A DNA stretch of 63,498 bases, filler included, from Globobulimina sp. (Eukaryota), in NCBI GenBank assembly GCA_003354225.1. It is 41 parts of 41 records of this genome, joined end to end, with 100 filler letters (N's around TTAATTAATTAA, not from the genome) between each part and the next. Parts side by side here need not be neighbours in the genome. Positions count along the whole stretch, not along the records: positions 23,277 to 24,727 come from PIVH01016457.1; positions 24,828 to 26,278 come from PIVH01016458.1; positions 26,379 to 27,829 come from PIVH01016459.1; positions 27,930 to 29,380 come from PIVH01016460.1; positions 29,481 to 30,931 come from PIVH01016461.1; positions 31,032 to 32,482 come from PIVH01016462.1; positions 32,583 to 34,033 come from PIVH01016463.1; positions 34,134 to 35,584 come from PIVH01016464.1; 33 more parts are not named here. The stretch is one strand, 5' to 3'. The position numbers and the translations under genes are program-made. Below are positions 23,446 through 36,106 of this stretch, one piece after another; positions within the stretch are counted from its first letter, which is position 1; every line of letters begins with the position of its first letter. A model generated the notes under the pieces. It was not told the DNA's origin. It was given only the letters and a program-made list of their open reading frames with translations, and did not search any database.

Positions 23446-24726
23446 TCATTCACAAAACACAAATTCAGCGTTACCAACAATATGTTGACTCATATTCTCT
23501 TTTTTACTGCCACTATTTGCAATGCTTAACCCTTCCATTTCTGTCTCTTGCATCCATTGCTCAATCTGATCTGTTTCAAATTGATCATCTCCTTCATTCA
23601 TATTATCATTATATTGATTTGCTGTCGCCATTGATTCGGTGCTCCATGCTTGTCCTTGAATATCTATGCAATGATATTTCCTCAAATATAAATATATAAT
23701 AATTATTACAAATATCACTAATATTATCAACATAAATAGCCACCATAACCCGTCATTATTATTAGCATCACGCACCTGCATTGTATCCGAATCCGCAGAA
23801 ACATTCCTTTCAGAAACATCAGTGGCAATGACACTTGCTTGCGTAGTGTAATATTCGTTGCTGCATTCTCTCCAAATATACTCATTTGTATTTATATTCT
23901 CATCATATGTCAATATTAAGCATCCATAATCTGTTAATGACAAAATTACATTATGACTGCCAACAGTTCCATCATTACTTTGCCATAATTCAATATTGGG
24001 CAAACTAGGCACATTCTCAAATGGATATTCAATGATCTTCAATCGACCGTTTCCAATCAGAAATTCAGCAAAACTAACACCAGAATTATTAAATATTTTC
24101 GAATCTGTCGTCCATAACTCATCAAACTCAGGCCATGGTTTCCTCGAACTTCTTCTGCCGTACAATACGAGATTACCATTTGTATGCAATGTTAGATAAT
24201 ATTCACAATTGTTTGATACCAATATTTCATTGCTCCATAAATTATCGCCGGATAATTCGTACATGTTTTCTTCATATTTTGCATTATAACAATAGGTTGG
24301 AGCATATGTTGGATATTTTGTTGGATCTGAAGTTGGATCATTTGATGGATCTTTTGTCGGGTCTGAAGTTGGATCTTTTGATGTCGGAGCTGATGTTGGA
24401 TCATTTGATGGATCTGCAGTTGGATCTGTAGTTGGGTCATTTGATGGATCTGTGGTTGGGTCCTTTGAAGGGTCATTTGTTGGGTCTGTTGATGGGTAAT
24501 CTGTTGGATCTGTAGTTGGATCTTTTGATGGGTCATTTGTTGGGTCATTTGTTGGGTCTGATGTTGGGTCATTTGATGGATCTTTTGTAGGATCTGTGGT
24601 GGGGTCTGATGTTGGATCTGATGTTGGATCATTTGTTGGGTCTGATGTTGGGTCATTGGTTGGGTTTTTTGTAGGGCTTTCAGTTGGATTATTGGTTGGG
24701 GTTTTAGTTGGATTATTGGTGGGCTT
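23446..24726 (-). CDS. PT-repeat plus bulb-type (B) lectin membrane protein (5' partial)
   Basis: (PTxD)n stalk in frame with ILVSNNCEYYLTLHTNGNLVLY...LW, LSLTDYGCLIL, then a TM helix. Confidence 0.8.
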   Translation of the reverse strand, partial: KPTNNPTKTPTNNPTESPTKNPTNDPTSDPTNDPTSDPTSDPTTDPTKDPSNDPTSDPTNDPTNDPSKDPTTDPTDYPSTDPTNDPSKDPTTDPSNDPTTDPTADPSNDPTSAPTSKDPTSDPTKDPSNDPTSDPTKYPTYAPTYCYNAKYEENMYELSGDNLWSNEILVSNNCEYYLTLHTNGNLVLYGRRSSRKPWPEFDELWTTDSKIFNNSGVSFAEFLIGNGRLKIIEYPFENVPSLPNIELWQSNDGTVGSHNVILSLTDYGCLILTYDENINTNEYIWRECSNEYYTTQASVIATDVSERNVSADSDTMQVRDANNNDGLWWLFMLIILVIFVIIIIYLYLRKYHCIDIQGQAWSTESMATANQYNDNMNEGDDQFETDQIEQWMQETEMEGLSIANSGSKKENMSQHIVGNAEFVFCE

Positions 24727-24940
24727 TNNNNNNNNNNNNNNNNNNNNNNNNNNNNNNNNNNNNNNNNNNNNTTAATTAATTAANNNNNNNNNNNNNNNNN
24801 NNNNNNNNNNNNNNNNNNNNNNNNNNNAAAAATGTTGCGTTTTAAGGTTTCAAAGTGTAAAATAAGTAGAATATATTTCCCTTTATTTAGCGGTTTTTAA
24901 ACTCCTAAAAAAACACCTTATCTAGCTCAATATTGAAAGC

Positions 24941-26278
24941 ATGGCGTCGAGAATAGACCCAAATTTACTAGCTTTGTCAGGCTCAAACACACGAAATCAA
25001 ACCTCTCGACAACGGAAATCCTTAGCAACATATCAAAAATTTCGTGAAACGTTAGGTCGGGGCCATTTAAAAAATACCTTTGGTACTGGCAATTTCATCG
25101 AAGATACAATAATATTAGACATCGGCTCGAGATATTCAAAAGTTGGCTTTGTTGCAGAACCAGGTCCCCGCCGGATATGTAAAACACATTTACGTTTAGG
25201 CGATGAACGCAAATCGGAACCATATTCCTCGCAAAAATTCAAAGCACATGTCACGTTAAAACCGGTTGTTCTCTCTTTATCAAAAATGCCGCAATCACCA
25301 CAAACATGGCAGGAAATCACTGAATTACTAGTCAATGACTTACTTTTTACGTTTGTCTCCATAAATATATATTTACTCACTGCCTTGCTTTGAGTGCAAG
25401 GATAATCAAAGCACTATTTTCCATTCGACAAAATCCAAAATAATATGCTTTGATTCCAAGTACATCACACAATGAAATACAACCAATCTGATATCAGTGA
25501 TATGTATTAAATCCATTCAAATACATATTAATTAATTCTGTGACATATTTATATTAGAAAATGTACCCGGAATCTAACCATATTATTTTTATCCAAATCC
25601 AAAGCAAAATACACAAAAAAATAAGCTCTCATAACCACTGCTTCCTAAGTCCGAAAGCATAAACACGTTTTCATAATATACAGCCAATTAGAAATCAAAC
25701 CAGATAAACGGCGCATAATTGTCTTAAAAGACCCGTGGTGGCCTCTATCTTTTCAGAATGCATTGGCGCGCTCTTTTTTTCGTCACGGCTGTCCCGGCAT
25801 ACATTTCATCGACTCATTGCATACCGCATTGTTTGTGACTGGTTCGCGAACCGGCATTGTCATCGACGTCGGCTACCATACCACCAAAATCCAAGCGTCT
25901 ATGTACGGGCATATATTGCCAGAAACGCGTGGCTGGAAAACGGTCGGTTTCTATAAAATCATGCAGGAATTTAAGATTTTGATGCGAGATTTGGCGCGTT
26001 TAGATTTTGATAAATTTGCGGTGGACGAGCAACAAATTGAGAAAGCCATTGCGAGGACGTGTTTTGTGCAACCATTGAAATATAAAAATAAGGATTATAA
26101 GAAAAAAGACGATGATGATGATAAGAAAGAGGAGAACAACACAGATGGGCTAACACCGAATAGTGTGTCTTATGAATTTAATGTAAAAAAACAATCCGCA
26201 TTTTGTAAGATAACGCCATGGATTCGGAGGAGGATTTGTGAGGTTTTGTTTGATGATAAAAATCATAATATTGTGCAT
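24941..26278 (+). CDS. ACTR10: Actin-related protein 10 (dynactin Arp11), spliced, 3' partial
   Basis: IILDIGSRYSKVGF..EPGPR; intron 25351-25683; TGIVIDVGY. Confidence 0.75.
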
Positions 26279-26378
26279 NNNNNNNNNNNNNNNNNNNNNN
26301 NNNNNNNNNNNNNNNNNNNNNNTTAATTAATTAANNNNNNNNNNNNNNNNNNNNNNNNNNNNNNNNNNNNNNNNNNNN

Positions 26379-27720
26379 GAGGTGAAGGAGCAAATGACAA
26401 AGTGGCTGTTTTGCAGGAATTTTAAGGAGATTTGGTCGCATCGCATGCAGCAAACTACCACAATGTTGCGGGCAACGCAGGCTATTAAAATTAGTAAAGC
26501 TTTGCACGGATATTTGCGCATATTGTTGGCAATGGGCAATTTGATGAATCACGGCACGGAGAAGTCCATGGCGTATGGATTCAATTTGGACTGTTTGAAG
26601 ATGTTGGAAGGGATTAAAGATTTTAGTGGCAAGAAATCGTTGGCGATGTTTGTTTATGAGTTTGCTTATAATAAGTTCGAAGTGACGCATAATCTGAATA
26701 AAGAATTGAAAATCTTGAAAGCTGCGGTGAGATTGGAAACAAATATGATTGAACAGTCTGTCAAAAAGATGAGTGATGAATTCAATGCCATTGATGTTTT
26801 TGCCACCAAATTGGCTGAGGATTACCAGGAAGGCGATACTTTTGCTTTTAGGTTGGTACCAAATATCGTTTTGAGATGTTGCTCATTGATACATTGACCG
26901 AAAAATACGAATGAAAATACAATTTATTTTCAGATTTTGTTGATTTAAAAATTGTGTGCACGGACGAAAAATTAGTGAATGTATCAATAATCGATAACGC
27001 AAAATGATATTTTTGTTTTTGAACATGTACAGAGAGTACGTTTCAGACTTTATAAAGAAGCAAAAATCAAATATGGCAGTGGTTAAAACAAAATTGAAAA
27101 ATGCAAAAACAACATCTCGATCAGTTGCGAGATTTTATGGATATTTGGATGAAGATGGACAAAGACCAGAGGAGTTATTCAAACTGATACAAAATTTTAT
27201 TGTTATTATGGAAAAAGCAAAAGATGGATTGTTTAAATTGGAAAAAGAAAGAATTAAATCACAACAGAAAAGACAAAAAGAAAGAGAGAAATTGAAGAAA
27301 AAAGCTATTCGGAACAGAATGAATAGGAAAGCGCCATCGCGACCGCCTATAGCTAAGAAAGTGGATAAAAATGAGGATGTTAAATTGGATGAGTTGGATG
27401 ATGAGGTGACGCCGTTAAGGAGTCATTTCAGAAAGAAAACACAAGACATAGCGCGACAAAAATTTGATTTGGGGGCCAGATTAAGTACAACATTTCAGGA
27501 AAAACAAGCTTTGGCAAAAGGAAAAATGACAAAGAGTTTAATAAATAATCATATAAAGCAGAGGAGCATCATGGGCAATAATCAGCTTTTAGGGAATTCA
27601 TTATTTGGTGCTGGCACCTCAATGGATGACATCGCAAAAATGGCAGTTCAACCACTTGTCGGTGATGACGCATATTTCAAAAATAAGTCTCGGAATAGTT
27701 TATTTGTACCCAATACATAA
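26379..27720 (+). CDS. Formin FH2 C-terminal part
   Basis: ILLAMGNLMNHG...AYGFNLDCLKML; intron 26852-27032; PEELFKLIQNF. Confidence 0.9.
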
Positions 27721-28063
27721 AGATAATGCGAGAATGTTTAATCATTTTTATGGATGTTTATATATTTTTTGGATGTTTTTTAATTTTTGAGATATTTTTA
27801 CTATTCTTGCGTTTTAGCGCTGTCGCGACNNNNNNNNNNNNNNNNNNNNNNNNNNNNNNNNNNNNNNNNNNNNTTAATTAATTAANNNNNNNNNNNNNNN
27901 NNNNNNNNNNNNNNNNNNNNNNNNNNNNNGAAATGTCCGGTTATGGAGCTAATAGAAAATAGCAAATATGCTGTTGCCGTTGCCATTGCGAGATGTTAGC
28001 TGTAAAACGTTTTTTGATACTATTTTTGAAAAAAAACCAACATATATTTGGAATATTTCAGAT

Positions 28064-28675
28064 TCATTGCAATTTATTTGGTGTTTTCCATTCTTTTGCT
28101 ATTTCGTATATTTGTGCATCATTAAACGCACATTTATAAATATGATATTTTATAATATCTCCTTTAAAATAGCCTCCGGCATCTCTCCCTCTATAATCAT
28201 GTCCAATTAATAATTGATGTTTAATTTTTAAATTTTCTACTTGTTGTTGAAGTGATGTTTCTTTAATTCCGTCAACATAAACGGATATTGTATTTGTTAC
28301 ATAATTTCTACATCCGGTCACAATGTGTGTTTTCCCATCAATCAGATTAGAAGTACCATTGCAATATGTTCCATTCCAATAAAATAATACTTCTCCTTTC
28401 CCAGCAATTTCAAAGTTAATGGCTGGTGTCTGTTTGCCATAGTTACCAATGATAATTCCAGGCCAATTATTTAAAAGTGTTGGATTCCATGGAAGTCTAA
28501 TCATTGCACAAAACGTGATGTCCTTGACCGTGTCATCTCTTTTTTGCTCGTTTCCAAAAGCAGGTGTTAACAAATCTTGAGCCATGTTGTTTGTAACGAT
28601 AACTGATGAATTGCGACCCAAAATCGCTCGCATCTTAAAACAAAGGTTTAAAACACTCAAAAACAAAACGAACAA
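28064..28675 (-). CDS. Concanavalin A/LamG-like domain protein
   Basis: DGKTHIV...VYVDG...LLIG.D.R..GYFKGDI....IY..AFNDAQI. Confidence 0.75.
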   Translation of the reverse strand: MFVLFLSVLNLCFKMRAILGRNSSVIVTNNMAQDLLTPAFGNEQKRDDTVKDITFCAMIRLPWNPTLLNNWPGIIIGNYGKQTPAINFEIAGKGEVLFYWNGTYCNGTSNLIDGKTHIVTGCRNYVTNTISVYVDGIKETSLQQQVENLKIKHQLLIGHDYRGRDAGGYFKGDIIKYHIYKCAFNDAQIYEIAKEWKTPNKLQ

Positions 28676-28765
28676 TAAATAGAGACATTGACCTAATGTC
28701 TGAATGATGTATTGTTAAACATATGACATCAAAAGACATGACCTTGCAACAATCACTATATATAT

Positions 28766-29380
28766 TCATTTATTGAAATTGAGCTTTGTTTCTCCGATAT
28801 ATTGCCAAGTTTCTATGTCCGTTAAATCCGTTCCATTCACTAAATATAATCCAACCGAACTTAAAGTAGCAACAGGTACAGAAATTAACGAAGTGACACC
28901 AACAATGCCACCAATTATGATGGATGCACATATTGCTAAGGGAATTGTTGGTAGTTTGATGAGTTTATCTTGATAATTATTATCAGATTGAAATATGTTT
29001 TTAGCGTTTTCAAGATTTGCAGAGAATAAATTTATAGTTCCACCAATACAAAATGTAGCAGCGGTGATACTCGATACAATGCCAATGGTTGAGGCAATAA
29101 ACAATGATTTTGGTATTCTATTAAATGTATTGGTAATTCCTATTTTGTGCTGAACGTAATGCTTTGATTTATATTTGGAATGCGAGGCTAATAAATCTTT
29201 ATTTGCTCTCTCTTTTTCTTTCTCTGTCAGTGGTTTTATTATTTCCCAATTATCAGTGTCTCGAATATAATACCATATAAAACATGATATTATAAAATTA
29301 ATATTTCGTAATGTCGCACATGGATCTACACTGTTTATCGATGTATCATATTCCAAATCAATTCCAACTTCGTTACCCAC
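28766..29380 (-). CDS. Hypothetical membrane protein (5' partial)
   Basis: 204-aa open frame with 2-3 hydrophobic segments. Confidence 0.5.
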   Translation of the reverse strand: MGNEVGIDLEYDTSINSVDPCATLRNINFIISCFIWYYIRDTDNWEIIKPLTEKEKERANKDLLASHSKYKSKHYVQHKIGITNTFNRIPKSLFIASTIGIVSSITAATFCIGGTINLFSANLENAKNIFQSDNNYQDKLIKLPTIPLAICASIIIGGIVGVTSLISVPVATLSSVGLYLVNGTDLTDIETWQYIGETKLNFNK

Positions 29381-29645
29381 NNNNNNNNNNNNNNNNNNNN
29401 NNNNNNNNNNNNNNNNNNNNNNNNTTAATTAATTAANNNNNNNNNNNNNNNNNNNNNNNNNNNNNNNNNNNNNNNNNNNNTAATAATATGTGTATAAACA
29501 AAAACAAAACAAACAAATAAAAAGTGAATAAAAATCAAACTAAAAATAAAAAAATAAGTCCAAAACAAACCAAAAAAACAAATAAGAATCATGCATGATA
29601 ATTTTATTTTTTTTTCATAATTTTATAATTTTAAGCATAACAAAC

Positions 29646-30505
29646 CTGGTAAATTCGAGCGTAGAGTCTGCGCTCTATTTTTTTTATCAAACTTAGGGTC
29701 GCCATTGGTCGGACAATCTTGAATCCAATGCCCAGAAACATGGCATCTATGACATATATAACCCGGTGGCGGGTCACCACGTTGCGAGCGATACGACTGT
29801 TTGCCGTCTTTATTCATGCCACCATTCATATTATTATTGTGATGGTGATGGTGGCGATTATTATTCATTCTGCCTCGCATCATATTATTGCCTCTACCAC
29901 CATCGGTAACGATCGTTGTGCCATTATTCATTCTACGATTCATCATATCGATGATGTTCATGGTTTCCGTTTCCACCGCATTCACTTCGGCCGATGCCTG
30001 GGCGGACGCGGCAGATTTAGGGTCGTTGAATAATGCGGGACCAAACTCATGATTTAATCGCTCAGAAATGGTCTGAATTTGCTGTGTGTTAATAATGTTA
30101 TGTTTTGGTGCAATGGGGGAGCGCAAAAGCGCATGTTTGCAATGCAAGCGCGAGGATAGCTTTTTGGTGTGTTTTTGATACCTTTTTGGAGATATTATCG
30201 GCGGTGGCGATGATGCTGTTATTTTGTAACGGCGCCCAGAGTTTTTTATGCTGGTTGCGAGCAGCTGGTAATCTGCGGACAATGACAGCTAAATTACGCG
30301 GAATGGGACCGGTTTCATCGGTGTACTCGACACCGGTATGGGCATTGATGATACTTAAATCGAATGGTTGTTGCGGTGTTTGTTGTAGTTTTTTTTGTTT
30401 GATTATGGCACGTTTTAGGTCTAGAATCGACACATGTGTGCTGTCAAATGTTATGGAAGAGAATTCTGATTTTGTGTTTTTAAATTTCCAATATATGGTT
30501 GACAT
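29646..30505 (-). CDS. RBBP6: RBBP6/Mpe1-like (DWNN + zinc knuckle), spliced, partial
   Basis: MSTIYWKFK...IPRN..VIVRRLP DWNN; intron 30082-30181; PPPGYICHRC..GHWIQDCPTNGDP. Confidence 0.9.
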
Positions 30506-30604
30506 TGGAATAGGTGTATGTTGGTGTGGAGAGGATGCAAAATGAAGTTGAGTGGAAAGAATAAAGTAAGGTTTTTTTAATCTAACTCAAACCTTAAGAT
30601 AAGA

Positions 30605-30931
30605 ATGGCGACTGGAAAGGATAAGGACTTCTTGACGCAACGACTTGCATCACCTTCAGAAGAAAGCGATGACTTTGATTATTTTGGCAACTCGTCAACA
30701 ATACGAGTACTCAGTGATGACAGTGATACTGATGATGAACATAAAGAGCCTGAACTAGCACCTATATCTATTAAAAAACAGAAGAAAAAACAAAAAAAAA
30801 GTCGTTCGCAAACTAATACCAAGAAAACCACGGCCTCAGAAAGAATAAGAAATATTATTGCATCGCAAAAAAATATGATTGACCGTATGGCTCAGCAGCT
30901 AAAAGACAGAAAACAGATTTGCTTGACTTGG
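30605..30931 (+). CDS. Hypothetical charged protein (3' partial)
   Basis: ATG-initiated frame running off the contig, divergent from RBBP6. Confidence 0.4.
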
Positions 30932-31050
30932 NNNNNNNNNNNNNNNNNNNNNNNNNNNNNNNNNNNNNNNNNNNNTTAATTAATTAANNNNNNNNNNNNN
31001 NNNNNNNNNNNNNNNNNNNNNNNNNNNNNNNGTAGTTTATCAATTTATTT

Positions 31051-31388
31051 TTAAGCTGCTTTGTTTTTAAGATAGAGATCAATCTGATGAATGAGTTCTG
31101 AGACAGAGCTAGAACCTTGTAGCAAGTAACTTCCATCCAAAATAAAGGTAGGAATGCTTGTGATGTTAAATGCCATATAGCGCTCGACTTTTTGCATCAG
31201 GGCTTGCTCTGTTTGTGGATCCTCAAGCGCAAGTCGCGCTGAGTTTGGGTCTAATCCAATATCCATGATTATTTGCAATAGAACCTCTGTTTGGCTGATA
31301 TCTAAACCCAGTTCAAAGTAAGCCTTTATCAGGTTCTCATTAAACTCGATTTGCTTATTAAAGCCCTGTACCCAATGCATTAATCTTC
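31051..31388 (-). CDS. Bacterial DsbA-family (FrnE) oxidoreductase C-terminal fragment
   Basis: RLMHW...KQ....LIKAYFELGLDI...ITSIPTFILDG..LLQG. Confidence 0.8.
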
Positions 31389-32343
31389 CACGTATTGCCA
31401 TAGACCGTAAACTGTTGTCCATTAATCGTAAATATCAAATCTGGCAAATCTATCTTACAATCAATTTCATATTCCCCTGGAATAACCATAGTGGCACCAA
31501 CCTGTTGCGCAATGGCCCGAACCTCAGTCTTTGGCGCAACCAACGTCGAAGTACCACTGTCCACAATGGCTTTGCGTACAGTTGTTACCGACTGACCATT
31601 CATGGAGGCTCCATCCATTGCGATCATAAAATAAGTGTGATTTATCAATGGCGAATAAAACACATTTCCCGTATAATGTTTCTCGTCGATTCCGCCAAGT
31701 AACAGTTGCCCATCTTTTTTTGAATCAGATTGCAAATAAAAAGCAAAAACATAATCTGTTAATAATCCATCAATATGAAACTGGATAAAAGGTGGAACCA
31801 CACGGTCAACGGCAATGGTTTGGAATGACATTCCGCATAAACCATCAAACCGAGCTTCCGTGAATGTAAAACCCGGCTCATCAGTAGCTTCACCAAAAGT
31901 AACTCTGTCTGCTATGCCTCCGATATTGATCACATCAGAGGATAAATAGCCTTTTAATGCACCGGATCCATATTGAATGGCCCAACTTGTGCCGTTTGCT
32001 TGATATGTGCTGGAGCGGTTGGCATAATATTTTGTATGGAAGCCACAATTCGTACACTTGGATCCTGGCACCCACATATTGGAACTGCCGGTGTCGAATA
32101 ATATTTTAAATGACTGTGGTGGGGTTCCAATGGTCGCATCACCGTAATATTCGGTATCTAAATAGTTATAGAGGTCTACTTCTCCAGTACTTGCTACATT
32201 GTCTTGTCCACTGAGCATTGAAGGAGCATATTTCTGGTACAGACGCAATTTGGTCAAGAAATTGCCGTGTTCTTTTTTTAAAGGGAATCTAATGATTCGC
32301 GATTGTACCGTGCATAATACAAACGATAATAAGAGCAACATGC
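31385..32343 (-). CDS. Cathepsin D-like aspartic protease (A1), 3' truncated
   Basis: Signal peptide, YYG..IGTPPQ, FDTGSSN, FDGLCG, AIVDSGTS. Confidence 0.95.
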
Positions 32344-32582
32344 TTTCAACGGGTTTCAAAAACGTTTAATGATTTTTTAAGTTTAATAGTGGCACTGAAA
32401 ACATTGTTCAGACAGCATCATCGTGTTGCAGTTTTTTTTTTATGATTTGACACCCATGAAATCACTTATTTTTTTGTGCGATNNNNNNNNNNNNNNNNNN
32501 NNNNNNNNNNNNNNNNNNNNNNNNNNTTAATTAATTAANNNNNNNNNNNNNNNNNNNNNNNNNNNNNNNNNNNNNNNNNNNN

Positions 32583-33934
32583 ATATCGACTTGCATCCCA
32601 TGGTCAACATATTGGTGTTGCAGATCAAGAATGTGTCGCACAGTGAAAACCGGCGCTTGTTTGGGCTGATTTGGTTGTATGAGTTTCTGAAATTGGGCCA
32701 GTTTAAGCTCAGTATCTTTTTCCCCAACATTTTGGTGAGTTTGCTGCAGTGCGTCGGCGACGACGAGGAGGAGAATATCCGCGTTCAGGCCAATAAGACT
32801 AACCACGAATTGTATGAGTTGATCAAAACTAACAAGCACGCGGACCAATTGCTGGTGTATGAGCTGTTGGAGATATTGCGGGGAGGCTGCAAGTCGGATT
32901 ATGTCAAGACCAAAATCGCAGCGCTCAACTTTATTTGCATGATGTTGATACATTTGAATCTGAACATTAATCATATTGAGAAGGAGAAGAATTTGAAGCT
33001 GTTCCCGGTGTTATTGGACTTGCTCTGCGACGGCGACAACGAAGTGGTGGAGTTGACGTTGCGTGTTTTGTCGGAGATATCTATCAAACCGCAGTATTTC
33101 AACGAAATGTTGGTGAATTTGTTGAAAGTGTTTAAGTCAAGGAAGAATTTGTTGGCTATTCGCGGCAAGTTTATCATTGAGAAATTGTGCGAGTTGCTGG
33201 ATTCGTTTAAGATTTATCGCGCCATGGCGGAGTTTCTGTGTCAGGCCAAATTATTTTCGCAGAGTGAGGAGCAGGGAAAGCATGGTAATGAGGAGAAGGA
33301 GCATGGTGACCGTGACGGCGCTGTGAGTGACGAATTGGAGTTTTGTTCGTTGATGGTACAGAGCCTGAACATCATACTATTGACTGCGGATAGCATTTAT
33401 ATACAGAATTTGCGCGATTTGATCACCAACGATGATAAGATATTTTTATCATTGTATGATGCCTGGTGTTATGACCCGATCTCGACACTGTCGCTGTGTC
33501 TGATGAGTAAAATGTATGAGTTGGGAGCTAAGTTGGTTGTATATTTCGCAAATGTCGACATTACCATTGGCTTTTTGATGCAAGTGGATAAGTTGGTGAC
33601 GTTGATTGAGTCGCCAACATTCGTGCATATGAGATTGGAGTTGTTGGAGCCATATAAAAATCCGTATTTATTGAAGATTATGTATGGTCTCTTAATGTTG
33701 TTGCCGCAGAACAATGCGTTTAATTCGTTGCGCATTCGATTGCAATCTGCTTCGTCGTTTGGGCTGTTACAGGATCAGCTCACTGCGCCGCAACAAGAGA
33801 GAGGACGTGGCAGTAATAAGGACATAAATATTGATAGATTGTTTGAGAAATTTGTCAATGTACAGCAGAAGTTTAAAAAGCAAAGGTTGAAACATCAGGA
33901 ATCTTTGAAACAACGGATCCAGACATCGATATAG
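32583..33934 (+). CDS. VAC14: VAC14 (PIKfyve complex scaffold), 5' partial
   Basis: HEAT repeats; QVDKLVTLIESPTFVHMRLELLEP...LLMLLPQ..AF..L..RL. Confidence 0.95.
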
Positions 33935-33941
33935 CTAGTTC

Positions 33942-33970
33942 TTGACACATTTTTTAAAGGGTGGTAAAAG
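33942..33970 (+). promoter_or_regulatory. Bacterial sigma70-type promoter
   Basis: TTGACA (33942), 17-nt spacer, TG-n-TAAAAG (33965), GC-rich discriminator, directly upstream of a tRNA. Confidence 0.7.
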
Positions 33971-33993
33971 ACGCCTTGTTCAACAAAAAAGCT

Positions 33994-34033
33994 CGGGGCG
34001 TAGCGCAGTCTGGTAGCGCACTTGTCTGGGGGA
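33994..34033 (+). tRNA. Bacterial tRNA-Pro(GGG), 5' half
   Basis: CGGGGCGTAGCGCAGTCTGGTAGCGCACTTGTCTGGGGGA; cut by the contig end. Confidence 0.85.
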
Positions 34034-34133
34034 NNNNNNNNNNNNNNNNNNNNNNNNNNNNNNNNNNNNNNNNNNNNTTAATTAATTAANNNNNNNNNNN
34101 NNNNNNNNNNNNNNNNNNNNNNNNNNNNNNNNN

Positions 34134-34822
34134 CCATCTCGTTAATGTACCAGATCTGCCACGGTGTGGCCTATATACACTCATTAAATATCATTATCAC
34201 AGACTTGAAGCCTGAGAATATCGTGTTAGTCAATGACGAAATCTTCCCTATGCACAGCAGCAGAAACAGTGCTTTTTGTGCACCCAAATCGACGCAGATT
34301 AAGTTGATTGACTTTGGCAGCGCTGTGTACGACGACGGCAGCGGCAAAATACACAAACATTTGATTCAAACGCGGCATTATCGAGCGCCGGAAGTGGTGT
34401 TCAAATTGCCGTGGACGTTCAGCGCCGACATCTGGAGCGTTGGCTGCATTTTGGTGGAGTTGTTGTACGGCAAAATGCTGTTTAATACGCATGACAGCAT
34501 CGACCATTTGAACCAAATGGTGAAGTGCATCGACCCGCCGCCGAGCTGTTTGTTGGAGCTGATTGACGATGGAACGTGGAACGACTATTTTGATTCGCGC
34601 GGTGCGTTGAATATGTTCAAAGCGAAGCGATCGCCGGTTCAATGCAAGAAATTATTGTCGTATTTCAAGGGGAAGCCGCATGAAAGGAATAGTGATTATA
34701 TGTTGCTGTACGATTTATGTACAAAAATGCTGTGTTGGAACCCGGAGGACAGGATCACTGCGAAAGAGGCGTTGCAACATAAAGTGTTTCAGAATTTTAA
34801 TGTTCATTATGCTGCAAATTAA
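34134..34822 (+). CDS. CLK/LAMMER-type CMGC kinase (5' partial)
   Basis: TDLKPENI, IKLIDFGSA, QTRHYRAPEV, LFNTHDSIDHLNQM. Confidence 0.88.
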
Positions 34823-35341
34823 GTTGATTATGTACGTTGTTTGCACGCTCATTGTTTACTACATTGTTATTGACTTATTGTATTCATGTATTTTTTTTTT
34901 GTTTTTTTTGTCATGTTTCATTGGTTTTGTATATGTCACACATGGCACATATTCAAATGCAATGATGTATGGCAATTTTTTTATTTTTTTTCAGTTTCTC
35001 TCTCTCTATCTCTCTCTGTCTACGTCTGTTCATTCAAAAAACTTGTAAATTAATGTGACAATCGTCTTTTTTGTTGTGTTCATCTTTCGTTAATGATAAT
35101 TAATTTTTTTTATTATTTTCTTCATTAAGCATTTTGCATTTTATTTATTATGATATCAGATTGTGTATTGTTAATTGTTTATTTCATTACTAATTAATTT
35201 GTGTTGTTCTACACCGGTCGTTATGTTACATTCGTCGTCCGAGCGTCTGTTATTGTTTGCAAACTTGAAAAACAGATAAATCATCGTTGATTCTCACTGA
35301 ATTTCTCAACTCCAAACTCGAAAAACATATAATATAACAAT

Positions 35342-35531
35342 GAAAGAAATGCATTAAAGTCAGAGGTTTGAGAGGTTGAGAGGTTCGGAAGTTTAGGCGT
35401 TGAGAGGTTCAGAAGTTGAATTATTAATGAAACAAGAATCCAATTCTACGATACTTTTATCCTCCAACTTCCGAACATCCCAACCTCTCAACGCATAAAC
35501 TTCTGCACCTCTGACTTAAATGCATTCCTTC
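35342..35531. mobile_element. MITE-like inverted-repeat element
   Basis: aatgcattaaagtcagaggt ... acctctgacttaaatgcatt arms with internal TTGAGAGG subrepeats. Confidence 0.65.
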
Positions 35532-35684
35532 CAATATGTAAACCCTTTTTACTGTGCTACTTTAAGTGTGTTAAGTAAGCGCTCNNNNNNNNNNNNNNNN
35601 NNNNNNNNNNNNNNNNNNNNNNNNNNNNTTAATTAATTAANNNNNNNNNNNNNNNNNNNNNNNNNNNNNNNNNNNNNNNNNNNN

Positions 35685-36106
35685 CTCCCGTCCTATCCCG
35701 TCCTATCCGCCCTATCATATTTTTTTTGTAAATTTTTAACATATTTCTATTATATCATATCCTATCACTTCAAACCACAGCTTATCATCCCATCCTATCC
35801 CACCATGTCCTATCATATCCTATCCTATCCTATCCTAACCTATCCTATCCCGTCCTACCCCATACTATCATATTTTTTTTGTAATTTTTTAGTATATTTC
35901 TATCTTATCCTAACACTTAACACCACAGCTTATCATCTATCCCATCCATCCTATCCTATCATACCCTATACTATCCCGTCCTACCTCATACTATCATATT
36001 TTTTTTGTAAATTTTTAACATATTTCTATCCTATCACTTCACACCACAGCTTATCATCTATCCTATCCCATCACATTCCATCCCATCCTATCCCATCCTA
36101 TCCCAA
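35685..36106. repeat. Tandem ~125-bp units rich in (TCCTA)n
   Basis: Three copies of 'ctatcatattttttttgtaa...ccacagcttatcatc'. Confidence 0.85.

Noticed and set aside
24192-24656. Gln/Met-rich 154-aa ORF
   Set aside because: Alternative frame of the PT-repeat stalk, which is in frame with the lectin ORF
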